Of a stretch of DNA of 64,000 nucleotides, positions 37,116 to 51,375 are shown one piece after another; within the stretch, counting starts at the first letter, position 1, and each line of letters opens with the position of its first letter. Position numbers and translations under genes: made by a program. Source of the DNA: Octopus sinensis (lineage: Eukaryota); NCBI RefSeq assembly GCF_006345805.1, contig NC_042998.1:94178001-94242000 (forward strand). Direction: 5' to 3'. A model generated the notes under the pieces. That model was given only the letters and a program-made list of their open reading frames with translations, searched no databases and was not told the DNA's origin.

Positions 37116-39928
37116 TCTATCTATCTATCTCTCTCCCTCCATCTATATCTCTTCTATTCTCCTTCTGTAATAAGGACATAAAGAGGCCCTTAAGTCATGC
37201 AAGTTTCAAGGTGAGCTCACTAGTGGTGGTTTCATGAAAAAGTGCCCACTACACTTGGCAAAGCGGTTAGTACTAGGTAAGATATCCAGTCATACAAACC
37301 ATGCCAAAGAAGACACTGGAGTTCAACACAATCCTACAGATGGCCAAATGTGTGTGTGGTATATACAACACAAGCTTCTTTCAGTTTTCATCTACTAAAT
37401 CTACTCACAAGGCTTTGATTGACCTGAGGCTATAGTAGAAGACACTTGCACAAGGTGCCATGCAGTGGGACTGAACCCAGAACCATGAGGTAGGAAAGCA
37501 AACTTCTTACAAAACAGCAACACCTGCACCTATGCTAAATGTGTCTATACTTTAGTTTTATTTATCACAGAAATATAATTTTCAGGAAACATTCTATGAT
37601 GGCACTACAGGTCTTCCTAGAAGATGGCAATGAAAAGGTAAAACAGATGCATTTTCAGAAATTATATTGAAAATTTTATTTGGAATAATAACATTATGGA
37701 AAATTATTAAATTATTTTCTTTAATAGTCAGCAACAACAATTGGTTCCTTGGAACTGCCAGAGCTATATTCTTGCCAAAATCGTCAAGGTATTCCTTGAA
37801 TGTCTTCTTATGTGATATAAAGGCATGCAGAAGTGAAGTAGTTTGTATTTCCCAGGCAACACACAAGTGTTTCAGCAAATGTATTGAATACAGTCTTGAT
37901 ATTCTTTTGTCAACATCCAGCAAAGAATTCTATGGCATTTTCAAGGAAATTCTTTCTACAGAATGTGTCAGTCATATTAATAATTGTTTCTTAATTTGAC
38001 ATAAAGTTACATTGCAATAGATTAGCAGAAAGCATTGTAAACTTTTCATATCTTGTCTCTCCCAAGAGCATTAAAGATATGATTGATACAGTTACAATCA
38101 AATATTGAAACTGAATTGTCAGATTTGTTTCAGAGAATTTACTGCCAAGCCACAACAGCTACCTTATAACAAACCCTCTTTTGTCAACATATGATGTTTC
38201 GGGTTTATACAGAAGAAAATGTATAGTTCTTGAATATTCATTCTTTTTCCAGGAGATTGTACAACCTAACTGATGGAACACCAACTAGAAATCAAAACCA
38301 AATTATGGATTCAATTCACAAGTATTTTACTCCCATACCATTGAGTCAACTATCACTAATCCTCCTCCTCCTCCTCCTCCTCCCCCTCCTCCTCCTCATC
38401 ATCATCATTTAATTATTACTTTCCATGCTGGCACTGGTAGAACGATTTGACAGGGAGCCAGTGAGCTTCAGAGCTGCATCAAGCTTCAGTGTCCTCTTTG
38501 GCATGGTTTCTATGGCTAGATACCCTTCCTATTGCTAACCACTTTACAAAGTGTACTGGGTACTTTTTTATGTAGCACCAGCACAAGTGAGGTTGCCATG
38601 TAATATGCAAAATAGAAAAAAAAACAGAGGAAAAGGGAAAGGGTCCCACTGCTAAGAAGAAGTGTTTGGGAGAAGGAGGGAGGTGGAGGTGGGTAGTAGT
38701 ATATCAGGTGTTGAAAACCTAAAATATGATAGAAGGGACAAGCACAGATGTCTTGCTATAGAGGAGATATATGACTAGAGGAGATAAAAGGGAGGTAGTG
38801 GAGGAGTACTAGAGTAAACAACTCCCAAAGAACAAGGGGATGACTATTAGAGAGGATATGGATGGTGAATCAGGAGAGGGGGATGCTTTCGTAAGAGTGT
38901 GAGTGGGGAGCAAATAGGTGGAAGTAGGGGTTAATATTGTGAGTGATGGACAAGTTTGATGGTGCAGATGATGGAAAATACCATGTGTAGAGGGGTAAGG
39001 TGGAAGATATTGGAGTGATACTAAATTACTTTATTTTCCCAATTATAACAGCTCTCAGTAAGACAGGCCAAGACTTATAGATGTCTACATCCAGAATCTC
39101 ATAGAAATAAGTTGCTATTTTGTTTTGTTTTGCTTTTTTTTGTTTTTTGTTTGTTTGTTTGTTTTTTTTTGTTTTTCCCCAATGTTGTTCCAATTTATTT
39201 TATTCTGTGCACAAGAAAATATTCAGAAAGTTTTTTTGGTAGGTTATTTCAATCATTGACTACCTTTACCTTTTTGAAGACTTTTATGCCAAAACAGTGA
39301 AAGAAACTATTTCCCATTTTAAATAAATTGCTATCATAGGTAATGGAATACGGTGAGAATTTCCTTAACATAATTAACCTCTCAAGAGAATCACAGAAAT
39401 GAAACAGTTGTTACAGAATCCACACAAATAACATTGTAACTCTTCTCTATTCATTGCTAGGAAGTCATGCATTAGTTTTCTTCACATCAAACAGGTATTT
39501 TGCAATTATTTCTCCATTTATGTTGTGCCAGACCGAAGGACAAAACACTGCAGTAAAGAACAAATTAATTAGTAAGTATAGAAATATTAGAATAATTTGT
39601 GGTCTTCAAGCTCAAACAAATAATCATTTAAAATAGTGGTTCTCAACCATTTCTTATTCAGCACCACCCACTTTCACTAAATGGTGTTTTTCAGATGCCT
39701 TCATTGTATGTTTTGCAAGAAAAAGAAAATCAGCACAAAAACAGCAGGTTATTTTAATCAAAGAGAAATTAATTATCCATAGTAGTTAATTATCCGTATT
39801 TTCTTTTACTATCCCATCCAGTAGGTGTTGCTGTTTAGATATTTATACGGACAAGTGCTCTCTATAATAAATATTTGTGGAAATTCTTAGAAATGTTGAC
39901 AACTTATAATTTCCTTATATTGGACCTG

Positions 39929-40560
39929 AAGGCAGTGAGCTGGCAGAAATGTTAGCACGCTGGGCGAAATGCTTAGGGTACTTTGTCTGTCTTCACATTC
40001 TGAGTTCAAATTCTGCTGAGATTGACTTTGCCTTTCAGGGTCAATAAATTAAGTACCAGTTGCATACTGAGATTAATCTAATTGACTGACCCTGCTCCCC
40101 AAAAATTTTGGGCTTTGTGCCAAGAGTAGAAATGAATATTTTTAAGGTGGCGCGCTGGCAGAAACGTTAGCACGCTGGGCAAAATGCTTAGCAGTATTTC
40201 ATCTGTTTTGACGTTCTGAGTTCAAATTCCGCCGAGGTCTACTTTGACTTTCAGCCTTTCGGAGTCAATAAATTAAGTACCAGTTGCATACTGGGTCAAT
40301 CTAATCAACTGACCCCACTCACCCAAAATTTCAGGCCTTGTGCCTAAAGTAGAAAAGAAATGTTAGCACACTGGACAAAATGCTGTGGCATTTTGCCTGT
40401 ATTTAAGTGCTGAGTTCAAATTCTGCTAAGGTTGACTTTGCCTTTCATCCTTTCAGGGTTGATAAAATAAGTACCTGCCAAGCACTGGGGTTGATGTAAC
40501 TGACTAGCCCCCAACCACCACCACCAAATTTCAAGTCTTGTGTCTATAGAAGAAAGAATT
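39929..40560 (+). mobile_element. Three tandem tRNA-derived Nin-domain-like SINEs (family A; other copies at about 5583-5795, 6765-6920, 18977-19190, 28197-28408, 47660-47875 minus, 53562-53770)
   Basis: GAGCTGGCAGAA..GTTAGCA head, B-box GAGTTCAAATTC, core GACTTTGCCTTTCATCCTTTC.GGGT.GATAAA.TAAGTACC. Confidence 0.75.
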
Positions 40561-41619
40561 ATAATTGACCTTGGTTAATCATCAGTCATGTTTCTGTTCA
40601 GGGATTCTGTTCAACACAATTTTCTATTCTTATTTCAATCTCAAATGCAATTTCTTATTTTAATTTATTTTGCTTATCCATTTATTTACTGTAAAAAATG
40701 TATATAAAACATTTATATTGCACCTAGTTTAAATATTTTATTTCTGAGAAAAATCACAGATCCTCTGAACATCAGTTTCTTCCATAGCATCATTCTGACA
40801 GTTGCCGTCTTGATTTGAGTTTGCAATCAATACTGTTACCCAACTTATCATCCACTGATTTAACGTATAAAAATATTGGAATTTTCTTCAGCCATTCCCT
40901 ACATTATATTAAATTATATTAGCCTAAACAATGTAGGACATCTTGGGCAAGTATTTTCTACCATTGCCCTGAGCTGACTAATTGAATTTGATTGATGGAA
41001 ATTGTGTGAAAGCTTGTTATACATATCTGTGTGCATGCATATATGTGCGTATGGATGTGTGTGTGTCATATGTCAACATGTGTTTGTGCCTTCGTGTCTA
41101 TGTTTGTCACTCCTGCCCTTACCATTTGACAATCAATGTTGATTTGCTTACATCCCTGTAACATAGTAGTTCAGCAAAAGAGACTGATAAAATAAGTACC
41201 AGACTTAAGAAAAATTGTAAATATTGGGATTGATTTGTTCAGGTAAAACCCACCAACACAGTGCTCCAGCATGGCCATAGATCTATGAGTAAAACAAATA
41301 GAAGATAAAAGATGAAGACTCTAACATACATAGTAAAATCACAAAAGATGTGGTTCTTAGACTGAAACATCAGATTTCTTCATCTACTGAACCATGACAA
41401 TTAACTGACATTCCATCGTTTATGGCAATGAGGGTTCATGTTGATTCAATCAATGGAACAACCTGTTCATGAAATCAATGTGCAAGGGACTGAGCATTCC
41501 GCTGACACACATACTCTTAATGTAGTTCTCAGGAAGATTCAGTGTATCACAAGATGTGACAAAGCTGGCCCTTTGAAATACAGGTACTACTCATTTTTGC
41601 CAGTTGAGTGAACTGGAGC

Positions 41620-41632
41620 ATCATTATTATCA

Positions 41633-41663
<31 letters not shown>

Positions 41664-42240
41664 TTAATGTTCATTTTCCATGCTGGCATGGGATGAACGG
41701 TTTGACTGAGGACTGGCAAGCCAGGAGGCTTCACCAGCCTCCAATCTGATCTGGCAAGGTTTCTACAGCTGGATGCCCTTCCTAACACCAACCACTCTGA
41801 GAGTGTAGTGGGTGCGTTTTATGTGCCACCGGCACAGGAACCAATCAGGCAGTACTGGCATCAACCACGTTCAGATGATGCTTTTTATGTGCCACCAACA
41901 CAGGAGCCAGACAGGGGGTACTGGCATCGACCACATTCAGAAGGTACTTTTTATGTGTCACTGGCACAAGAGCCAGTCCAGTAGCACTGGCATCGACCAC
42001 GTCCGGATGGTGCTTTTTACATGCCACCGACATGAGAAGTCAGTCAGGCAGTACTGGGATTAATTCACGCTTTAATAGTGCTTCTTACGTGCCACCGGCA
42101 TGGGTGCCAATCAGGTGGCACTAGCATCGGCCACAACTACGATTTGCATTTTGATTTCAATTTTGATTTTACTTGACACAATATGTCTTCTCAAGCCCAG
42201 CGTATCGCCCAATGATTCAAGGGTAGTTTTAAATGGGCTA
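41620..42240 (-). mobile_element. RTE 3'-UTR-derived repeat with an internal array of about 52-bp units (same tail at about 7070-7495, 8330-8543, 23580-24232, 25115-25506, 44278-44555, 51535-51730, 58340-58908)
   Basis: Reverse complement of AAAAGCACCCACTACACTC..GTGGTTGG..TTAGGAAGGGCATCCAGCTGTAGAAAC..CCCATGCCAGCATGGAAA..GTTAAACGATGAT. Confidence 0.8.
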
Positions 42241-42539
42241 ACATGAACTAGAGTGTCTCACCCGAGGACATGATGCACTGTTGGAAATCGAACACATGAT
42301 CTTACAACCAAGAGTCAAATACCCTAACCACTAAGCCATGTGCTTTCATTTATGACAGTTAGTAAATCTGACAACATAGAATTGGTTGACTTTGAGACTG
42401 GGGTTGTACAGACTCTGAGCATTTGTAAATGTACTTTCTCTAATATCATCTGTTATATGAAGGACAGAGTTAAAACTGCCTGACATACCGTTGATTAAGA
42501 AAAATGGATTGTAATGTTTCTTGTTATGAATATGTATGT

Positions 42540-42908
42540 GTCCTCAAACACTTGTGAATGCACATATAGATATATGTGTATGTGTGTGTGTATGCACGTA
42601 TGTGTGTGTCTGTGTATGTGTGTGAGGAGATCTGTTACTGACTACCTGTCAATATAATATATGTGTATGTACACTAACATGCTCATGCATGCACACACAC
42701 ATGTACACATGCACACATGGACACACATCAACACACACACTCACATGCACATACATATATATGTATATATGTGTGTGTGTGTGTGTGTATGTATGTATAC
42801 ATATAAATATATATATGTAGAGAGAGATATAGATACATATTTTGATCAAATGATTGTATATATATAAACGTATATGTATGTCTGTATGTATGTGTGTGCG
42901 TATATATA

Positions 42909-42973
<65 letters not shown>

Positions 42974-43038
42974 CATATATATGTACACACATACATATAT
43001 ATATAAATATATATGTGTGTGTGTGTGTATTATGCATA

Positions 43039-43074
<36 letters not shown>

Positions 43075-43652
43075 AATATGTATATATATATGTGTTTGTA
43101 TGTATATATGCATAATATATATATATATATATATATAAAGCAGATGTTAAATGATAATGATACATACATACATGAATGTGTGTAGATGTGTAGATGTGTG
43201 TGTATGTGTGTATGTGTGTATGTGTGTGTGTATGTGTGTGTGTATGTGTGTGTGTGTGTGTGTGTTTGTAGATGTGTGTATATGTAGACACATTTATTAT
43301 TATTCTGTGTTTACTTGCAAATATTATGCTTGCTTAGAGGAACGTTCTGTCTGTATACCTAATCCATACTTGAACAGAATGAATAAATTGTGCATATGTA
43401 CATACATACATACATATATATAAATATATATATACATATACAAAATATACATATATACATATACACATACATATGTATGTATATACATACATACATATAC
43501 ACATACATACGTACATACATGCAGACATATATGCATGCATACATACATACATGCATACATACATACATACATACATACATACATACATACATACATACAT
43601 ACATACATACATACATACATACATACATACATACATACATACATACATACAT
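42540..43652. repeat. Compound microsatellite (TA, TG/CA, TACA)
   Basis: More than 1 kb of low-complexity repeats, including a long perfect (CATA)n run at about 43554-43652. Confidence 0.95.
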
Positions 43653-46504
43653 ACTCTGTCTAAGCTGTTCTCTGAGTTACAGTCAATTTCTGAATCAATA
43701 TTCTTGGCATAATATATTACAACTCATGCTTTTTGGTAGACACAGGTAAAATATTTCATCTTCCATGACATTTTAACATATCTAACTGGACAATCTCATC
43801 CCACTGGATTTTTCAGACAGTTATACCACTACCAGGTCTTATCCAGTGTTATTGCTGTTATTGTTTTTGAGGTTGTTTAGCCCCAAGCCACCTCTGAGTG
43901 AGCAAACCTATAATGAAAGTTATAATGTGTCCAGGATGATATCATATCTTCCTAGATACACATTTCCTTTATGCTTATTTAAGATGGCGGGGATGTGATT
44001 TGGGGAATATTTGGTTGCTATTTCTAACAAATCAGTTTACCACATAGAGGCATCCTCGTTGACCAATTTTGTTAGTACTCAGTTGGCATACTGGTTTATC
44101 TTTATGTCTATCACTGTGTTTACAACCTGTTATATATCATATATTATACACTAACATCGTGTTTATGTAATAAAGCACTGGAAGAGAATGACTCTCCCCA
44201 GAAAATATGCTTCAACACACGAATTCACATAAAGAATCTTGCAAACCATATACAAAAATTATATATATATATATATCAGCGTCGCCTTACTGGCACGTGA
44301 ACAAAACATTCGAGCAAGGTCGTTGCCAGTGCCACTGGACTGGCTCTCATGCTAGTGGCACATAAAAGCACCCACTACACTCTTGGAGTGGTTAGCGTTA
44401 AGAGGTTAGCGTTAAGAGGTGTATCCAGCTGTAGAAACTCTGCCAGATCAGATTGGAGCCTGGCACAGCCATCTGGTTCGCCAGTCCTCAGTCAAATCGT
44501 CCAACCCATGATAGCATGGAAAGCAGACGTTAAAGGATGATGACGATGATGATGATTTATAACTCTGAAGCCTTTAAAATAGCAGCCACATCTCCCTCAA
44601 ATAATATACCTGCTTCAATCCCATTTTTTATATTGTTCTAAAACGTGATCTCCTGACACCAACATGGCTCCAACAGCCAAGCTGGGAAACTGCAGGCCAG
44701 CCCAGCAAGCCAACTTGCTGAGAGAACTTGCAGAAGAAGTACTTGTATATGGCTGGTTGTCTTGTGTAAAGTAATTCTTTGTCGCTCAAGTTCATGCCAA
44801 CCATAGTTCTTTGTCACCTGGCTTCACATTAACTGTTCACATCACCGAATGACCACACATGTTCCTTTGCTAATTTTGATAATCCACCTCATGGTAAAAA
44901 CACGCAAAAAAAACCATGCACCATGCTTTAAATTGGTCATTTTATCAATGAACATTATTTCCCATTAGAAGTAATTATGGATCCATTATTTGTTTTCTTT
45001 TGTAGAACTAGAGAACAGTATTTTGATTTCAAATAGTACCGTTTAAAATTATATTTATTAAAATATTTTTTCCATTTGCTGCAGATGATTGACTTTATAC
45101 ACTCCTTCATAACAATACTTTAGCCTCTCAACACCAAACATAAAGCTTCCTCCACTTTTACTCTACTCCCACACAATCAAGGAGGCTTGTTTGTCGTGCA
45201 AGTTTCTTGTTCACCTCAGGCACATTGCTAAGTGGTTAGGGTATTCTACTCCCAATCATAAGGCCATGAGTTCAATTTTTGCCAACGTGTTGTGTCTTAA
45301 GCAAGACACTTTATTTCACATTGCCCCAGTCCATTCAGCTGTCAAAAATGAGTAGTACCTGTATTTCAAAGGGCCAGCCTTGTCATATTCTGTGTCTCGC
45401 TGAGAACAACATTTTTTTCATCAAAAATTAATTTCAAATAAATAAAATAGAGACAGTACAATTTTCATCAAACCATTCATTCTAGCCCTAATTTATTGAG
45501 CAAATTATTATGCTACCTTAGTATAGTTAAGATACCATAGCTGTTAAATATTAATCACCGAGCAGGCCCAACTCTCTATTATAAAAATTCAGAGACATGT
45601 TTTCGATAAACAGGCAAACAACATTAAGGATACTCATGTCTGTGGAGTGCTCAGCCACTTGCATGTTAATTTCTTGAGTAAGCTGTTCTTCTGATCGGTC
45701 CAACTAGAACACTCATTGTTTGTTAACCAATGGAGTATCAGTTAATGTTGACCTCACTAGTGTTGATGCCATGAAAAAAGTACCCTGTACACTCTGTAGA
45801 GCGGTTAGCATCAAGAAAGGCATCAAGCTGTAGAAACCATGATAAAGTAGAAGACTGGAGTATGGCAGTCCTCTGACTCATCGGAACCTGTCAAACCATC
45901 TAACCTGTGCCAGCATGGCAGATGGACTGTTAAATAATGATGATGATGATGATGATGATGACGATGATGACGACGACGACGACGACGATGATGATGATGA
46001 GGATTATGATGTGGATGACGATGCTGCTGCTGCTGCTGCTGATGATGATGATGATGACGACGACATCAATGACATCATTGATATATGTGTGTGCATATGT
46101 GCATATCTATGTGCATGTGCAATTGTGTGTGCGTGTGTTTTTGCATTTGTCTTTGCTCCTCACAACCTGTCAATCCACGTTTGTCTATTCACATCTCCAG
46201 AAGTTCATTGAAAAGCAACTGTTGAAATATGAACCAGACTTTTAAAAAGTAAGTTCTTAGATTGATTTGATTGCTTAAGTCCTTCAAGGTGGCACCCCAG
46301 CATGGCCACAGTCCAATAAACAAGTAAACAAGTAAAAGAATTTATTTACTTATTTATGGTTTAGACAGAAGAGGTGGGTCCCCCCACCACCACCAGGAAC
46401 TTTTTTGAACTGAAGATAGGTAAAAATGGATGAAGAAACTGGTTGCCAGGTTCAAATGGCTGCAATAGCCCAAGTCCACCAAATTATTACAGATCTAGTT
46501 AAGT

Positions 46505-47006
46505 CAGAGGTGGGGAAACTTTTTAGTGCGGCAGGCAAAAATTTCCCAAAAAAAGTCTATGGGTGGACCACAAGTTCTAACTCTTATATCTGTGTAAATC
46601 TTGTACATATCTGTGTATTATTTGGTATAGATTAATAAAGATAAGTTTAACACATTGAATTAAGGCATAACATCTTCATTAATGCCGCCACTGAATTTAG
46701 GATGTATATATTACTTATACGGTATTCTATATTTTTCAGCTAGAGTGTAATTGGGTCTCAAGGGGGTTTGTAACCTAGCAATTTCCATTCAAATAGCAAT
46801 TACTGGACAATTTCTGTTCAAGTCTAATTGTTTTAAGTCGTAGTGGAAATGTGACCTGTGTCACAAATAGGAATACAAATATTGTATAAATTTTAAAATT
46901 GAAAAATTTATTATATTTTGTACATATGAGTATATTGGCCTATGGGTGCAATAGAATGTGCTCACAGGCACAATTGCACCTGTGGGTAAGGGTTTCCCCA
47001 CCCCTG
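46505..47006. mobile_element. hAT-superfamily MITE
   Basis: 15-bp TIRs CAGAGGTGGGGAAAC / GTTTCCCCACCCCTG and a perfect 8-bp target duplication AGTTAAGT at 46497-46504 and 47007-47014. Confidence 0.9.
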
Positions 47007-47949
47007 AGTTAAGTGAACCTAATCTGAATCTAAATAACAATTTGGCGCAGCCTAACATTGAAACCTTACATAGCTTTGTCAAATGTTACTATTTTATGTC
47101 AGTGATTTAATCATTTTTGTTGAATTGACATAGTTATTCTCTGTAAAACAGTTATGCTACAAAGAATAAAGTTTTCTGATTTGACAAATGTCATGCATTT
47201 TTTTTTTTTTTTTTTTTTTTTGTAGGATTTCAGTGACAAGAATTTGGGTTGATGTTTAGCTTAGCATCAGAAATACACGTTAACCAACAAAGTGAAAATA
47301 CTCAATCAAATAATTCATAAAGCTATTATGAATTATAATATTAATGAAGGATGACAATGAAATTTATTAAAATATCATTTTTATTTGATATGGAAGCATT
47401 CATGAAACTACGATAACTATGTAGTTGGTGAGAGAAAGCCATATTTGTTTATGAGAGAAACACAAAAGTTAAAAACTAAAAGTACTTTTTTAAAAAAATC
47501 AAAAATAATTAGCACAAAAAGAAAATGTATCAAAATGAAATTACAAAAAAGTAGTGAAACAAGCAAATATTCCAATTAATTATAATTTAATGATGGATTG
47601 AAATATCAACTTCAAATAAACCAATGAACATAAATATTAGTTCATTGAGTACCTTATATATTGATTTCAAATTTTGCCACAAGGCCAGCAATTTAGAGGA
47701 AGGGAGTAAATTAATTACATCAACCCCAGTGCTCAACTGGTACTCATTTTATGGATCTTGAAAGGATGAAAGGCAAAGTCGACTTCAGCCTGAATTTGAA
47801 CTCAGAACATGAAGATGGGAGAAATGCCACTTAGCATTTTGTCTGGTGTGCTAATGATTCTGCCAGTTTACCACCTGATAAGTACCATATATATTATTGA
47901 CCGTTATTGTAACAGAGAATTTTGAACTGAGGAAATAATAAGTTCTCAT

Positions 47950-48200
47950 TGCACATCCAATATAGTTATGATGTCTTTGTTTTCCTTTATACCACTAGTT
48001 AGTCTAGTAGAGTCCCCAAATTCTGTTTCCAAGCCCAGCTCAGAGCTATACTCCTCCACTGCTCCATTTCCCCAAATACTTGGGAGACAATTGCCAAAGA
48101 CTGCCCAAAGTGGTGGCATGTCATCAACAAAGTAACAAACTGGATGGAAAATAACAGATGTCGAGAGGCAGAGATCAAATGTCGAAGACACAAAGAGAAA
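47950..48200 (+). mobile_element. Decayed RTE/BovB-like C-terminal fragment
   Basis: PKFCFQAQLRAILLHCSISPNTWETIAKDCPKWW resembles the RTE terminal W..LA.DR..WR motif. Confidence 0.45.
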
Positions 48201-48370
48201 TTTGGAATTTCCCCAGCTCTTCTATATTGCTCTTGGTCTGAGCATTCACCTCAGGCACAAGCACCTTTCCCACCCAATAAGATGAAAACGCTCAATCACT
48301 AGCTACAGATCTACGACTTGGATACAAGTTAACGCCAATGACAAGTCTTGTAGAAAAACAAGATAATGAG

Positions 48371-48715
48371 TTGTGTCTGAGGAGAGTCATTCTCTTTTAG
48401 TGCCTTATTATTTAACACACTCACTGGTAAAGTTTCCTCTCATTTACCTATTTCTTATATCTAAAATCTTTGTTGCAGCTCGGATAATGGACAGAGTCAA
48501 CAACTATTGAAAAGGCTGCATGACACAATGAAAATTTTAGGAAAAATAAATAAGTAAATGAGTGGAAACTTTACCAGTGAGTGTGTTGAATAATAAGGCA
48601 CTAAAAGAGGATGATTCTGTCCATAATCTGTTGTGTCTCCCCAGACACAACAAAATATGCTTCAACACACGAACTCACATAAAGAATCTTGCAAACCAAA
48701 TCCAAAAACGAAGAT
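48371..48715. mobile_element. Fold-back MITE-like element
   Basis: Arms TCATTCTCTTTTAGTGCCTTATTATTTAACACACTCACTGGTAAAGTTTCC and its near reverse complement at about 48563-48615; related terminal sequence at 20790-20881, 21104-21128 and 44186-44255. Confidence 0.65.
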
Positions 48716-49198
48716 AATGAGTACTTAGAGGAAATTTACAAGCAGGAATAATGAGCTATTATCGATACCTAATTAAAATAATGTTTTCATCATTAGACAA
48801 AGATTCAAAATTAATTTTGGGTTTAAGGGTAAGTCCAAAATTTAACAAACATATCCTTTGTTTCCTGCATATAGGATAAAGACAGGATAGTCATGACTGG
48901 AATGTCTTTGACTATAAGTCCACTTGATGAGGGATGACCTGAGGCTAGAAAAGAACAGCAAATATTTTCATTCATTTCAATATTTCAGTTTTTATTAGTT
49001 AAATAAGAAACTGACCTGGATTTTATCCTGTCTCAACAAAACACTTTATCTTTTGTATCTTACAGTGTTTCAGTATCATATAGAATTTTACATTCACCTT
49101 TGCCCAGGAAGTCTTTTAATTCTCCCTGCATTAAATATTTTAACATTAACTTGACAATACTGTATTCACTCCAAACTTAATTATCTGATAAAGGCAAA

Positions 49199-49241
<43 letters not shown>

Positions 49242-50024
49242 TAAAATTTAATAAGGGTAGAAATTGATATTAGTCAATTAAAACCAGTGGCCCAGGATAT
49301 TAAAAAAATCCGAAGATTAAAATATTTTTACATACAAAATTTAAAGGACTGACCTCTAAAAGTGGATGGTCAACATGCTAGATATAGACGTCAAATCGCT
49401 ATTTTCCACAAAGAATATGTTCTCAAATAAAAACTCAGCAACAAACCAAAGCATTAAAAATAAGTCGTCAGTCCTTTATATATATATATATAAATATATA
49501 TATGTATATATATTTATTTATTTATTTATTATCATTATCATCACCATTTAATGTCCACTTTCCATGCTGGCATGGTTTCTATAGCTCGATGCCCTCCATA
49601 AATCAAACCACTCCAAGAGTGTAACAGGTGCTTTTTACATGTCACTGGCATGGGTGCTTTTATGTGTCACCAGTACAGGTGAGAGATATAGGAATGGCTC
49701 AGGGAAGATGAGGGTCATGTTAGATATGTGAGGGCATTGGAAGAGATAGGGTATGAAAGACGTGTAAGGATTAAGTTCAACAAAGGGGAGAAAGCATGAC
49801 TGGAGTAAGATAATGAGAAATGGAAGCAGTCCTGGAAGGGGAAGAAAGGGGAAAGTAAAGAAGAGTGGGGTGTAGTATGTGTCTGTTATGCTCTCATGTG
49901 ATGATGATAGTTGGACAATATCAGAGATAAAAAAAGATGAGCGTAGGGAATGAGATACAGAGGAATCTTCGTAGGTACAAGCATTTACCAAGGTAGTTTT
50001 TGGATATCAATTCTGATGTGGTGG

Positions 50025-50474
50025 GCAAGTTTTCTCAAGCACAGCAAAGTGCCAGGTATTTCTGTCCTTTATCATTGTCTCCTTAAGGTTCAACACCTTG
50101 AGATTACTCCTCAATACTTTCTCCTGTGTCTTTCTGGGTTTCCCTCTTCCATAAGTTCCTCCCAGTTTAAGTGATTGGCTATTCTTTATACAACTGTCCT
50201 TGTCCATACACATCACATGACTGAACCGCTAGTTTTCTCCTTTGCACACTACATCTAATTCCTCTTATGCCTAACTTTCTTCTCAGTACACAAGCACTTA
50301 GTCATAAATGTACATTGATACTGCACAACAAATGGAACATACTAGCTTCATTCCTCTCTAGTCTTTACATGTTCTCTGCACTTAGGGCCCATGTCTCACA
50401 ACCATATAGCATTACAGTTCATACATAAACATCATACAATCTTCCTTTCACTCAAAAAGAGAGAGAGACCTTTG
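50025..50474 (-). mobile_element. RTE LINE C-terminal fragment
   Basis: KGLS..VKGRLYDV, VMCMDKDSCIK, GRGKPRKT, DRNTWHFAVLEKT. Confidence 0.75.
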
Positions 50475-51375
50475 CATTTCCCTCTGGAAACAGTTCCTCA
50501 ACAATAGGATGAATTTGATGAGATAAAATCCTTAAATAGTTTTGGCTATTAATTCTGCCATGAAGGGAAACCATTGGGCCAGTGGATTTCCAAGATATAG
50601 CCCCCACAGATCATCACAGATCCTCCTCCATGTTTAGCAGTTGGAAGAAGGTAGTCTGGGTCAAATGCTTCTTTTGGATGTCTCCACATGTATACTTGAC
50701 CAGTGGTCAGAAATAAGGTAAAGGATGACTCGTCTGAGAAAATACATTCTTCCACTGCTCTAGGGACCAATTCTGTAGGTTTTTACTTCACTCTAAATGC
50801 TTTGCAACGTTTGTTTTTGAAAGTAGTGGTTTTCTGATTGCAGCCCTCTCATTAAATCCAGCTTTGTGCAGCTCCCAGCAAACAGTTTTTGTGGAAACTG
50901 AGTTCATGAGGTGGTCATTAGGCTCTGCAGTAATTTTAGGAGCTATACCTTTGTGATCCTTTCTAACAATTCGCGTAAGAGTCTGACAGTCCCTATCTGA
51001 AAGTTTTGGTTTTCTTCAAGAGTTTTGTTTCGACAAGGAGGTTTTTCCCTTTTTCTTAAAGGCTGTCATTACTTTTGAGACAGTACTTCTAGAAAAACTG
51101 AACATTTCAGCTATTTTCATTACGCTAGTGCCTGCCATACAAGCACCAACAATTTGACCATTTTGAAAGTCCGATAGATCTGTCATTTTAATGAATTTTA
51201 ATTACCTTTTTCTGATGATATCTGAAAAGAAACAACAATTTTAGCAAAACATATTAAGTAATGCTAATAATAAATCAAAAAACATAAAAATAAACAATCT
51301 TTTGACGGTTTTATAGATATTTCAAAATTATGATGCTATGATGCTAGGTGTTTACATTATTTTGTTTAATCCCTG
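50475..51375 (-). mobile_element. Tc1-family transposon, 5' two-thirds, degenerate
   Basis: TA then CAGGGATTAAACAAAATAATGTAAACACC TIR at 51375; ATG at 51186 MTDLSDFQNGQIVGA; FSDESSFTLF, PTAKHGGGSVMI; truncated before the second catalytic Asp. Confidence 0.85.

Noticed and set aside
42649-43749. Many ORFs of 60-187 aa rich in Y/I/H/T/C/V/M
   Set aside because: Translations of TA, CA and TACA microsatellites; the same applies to the poly-D/M/S/H ORFs at 4659, 22637, 29491 and 45915
49460-49478. CTGACGA on the minus strand as a hammerhead core
   Set aside because: No pairing stem II or GAAA-NUH arrangement; the box lies inside a 12-bp inverted repeat
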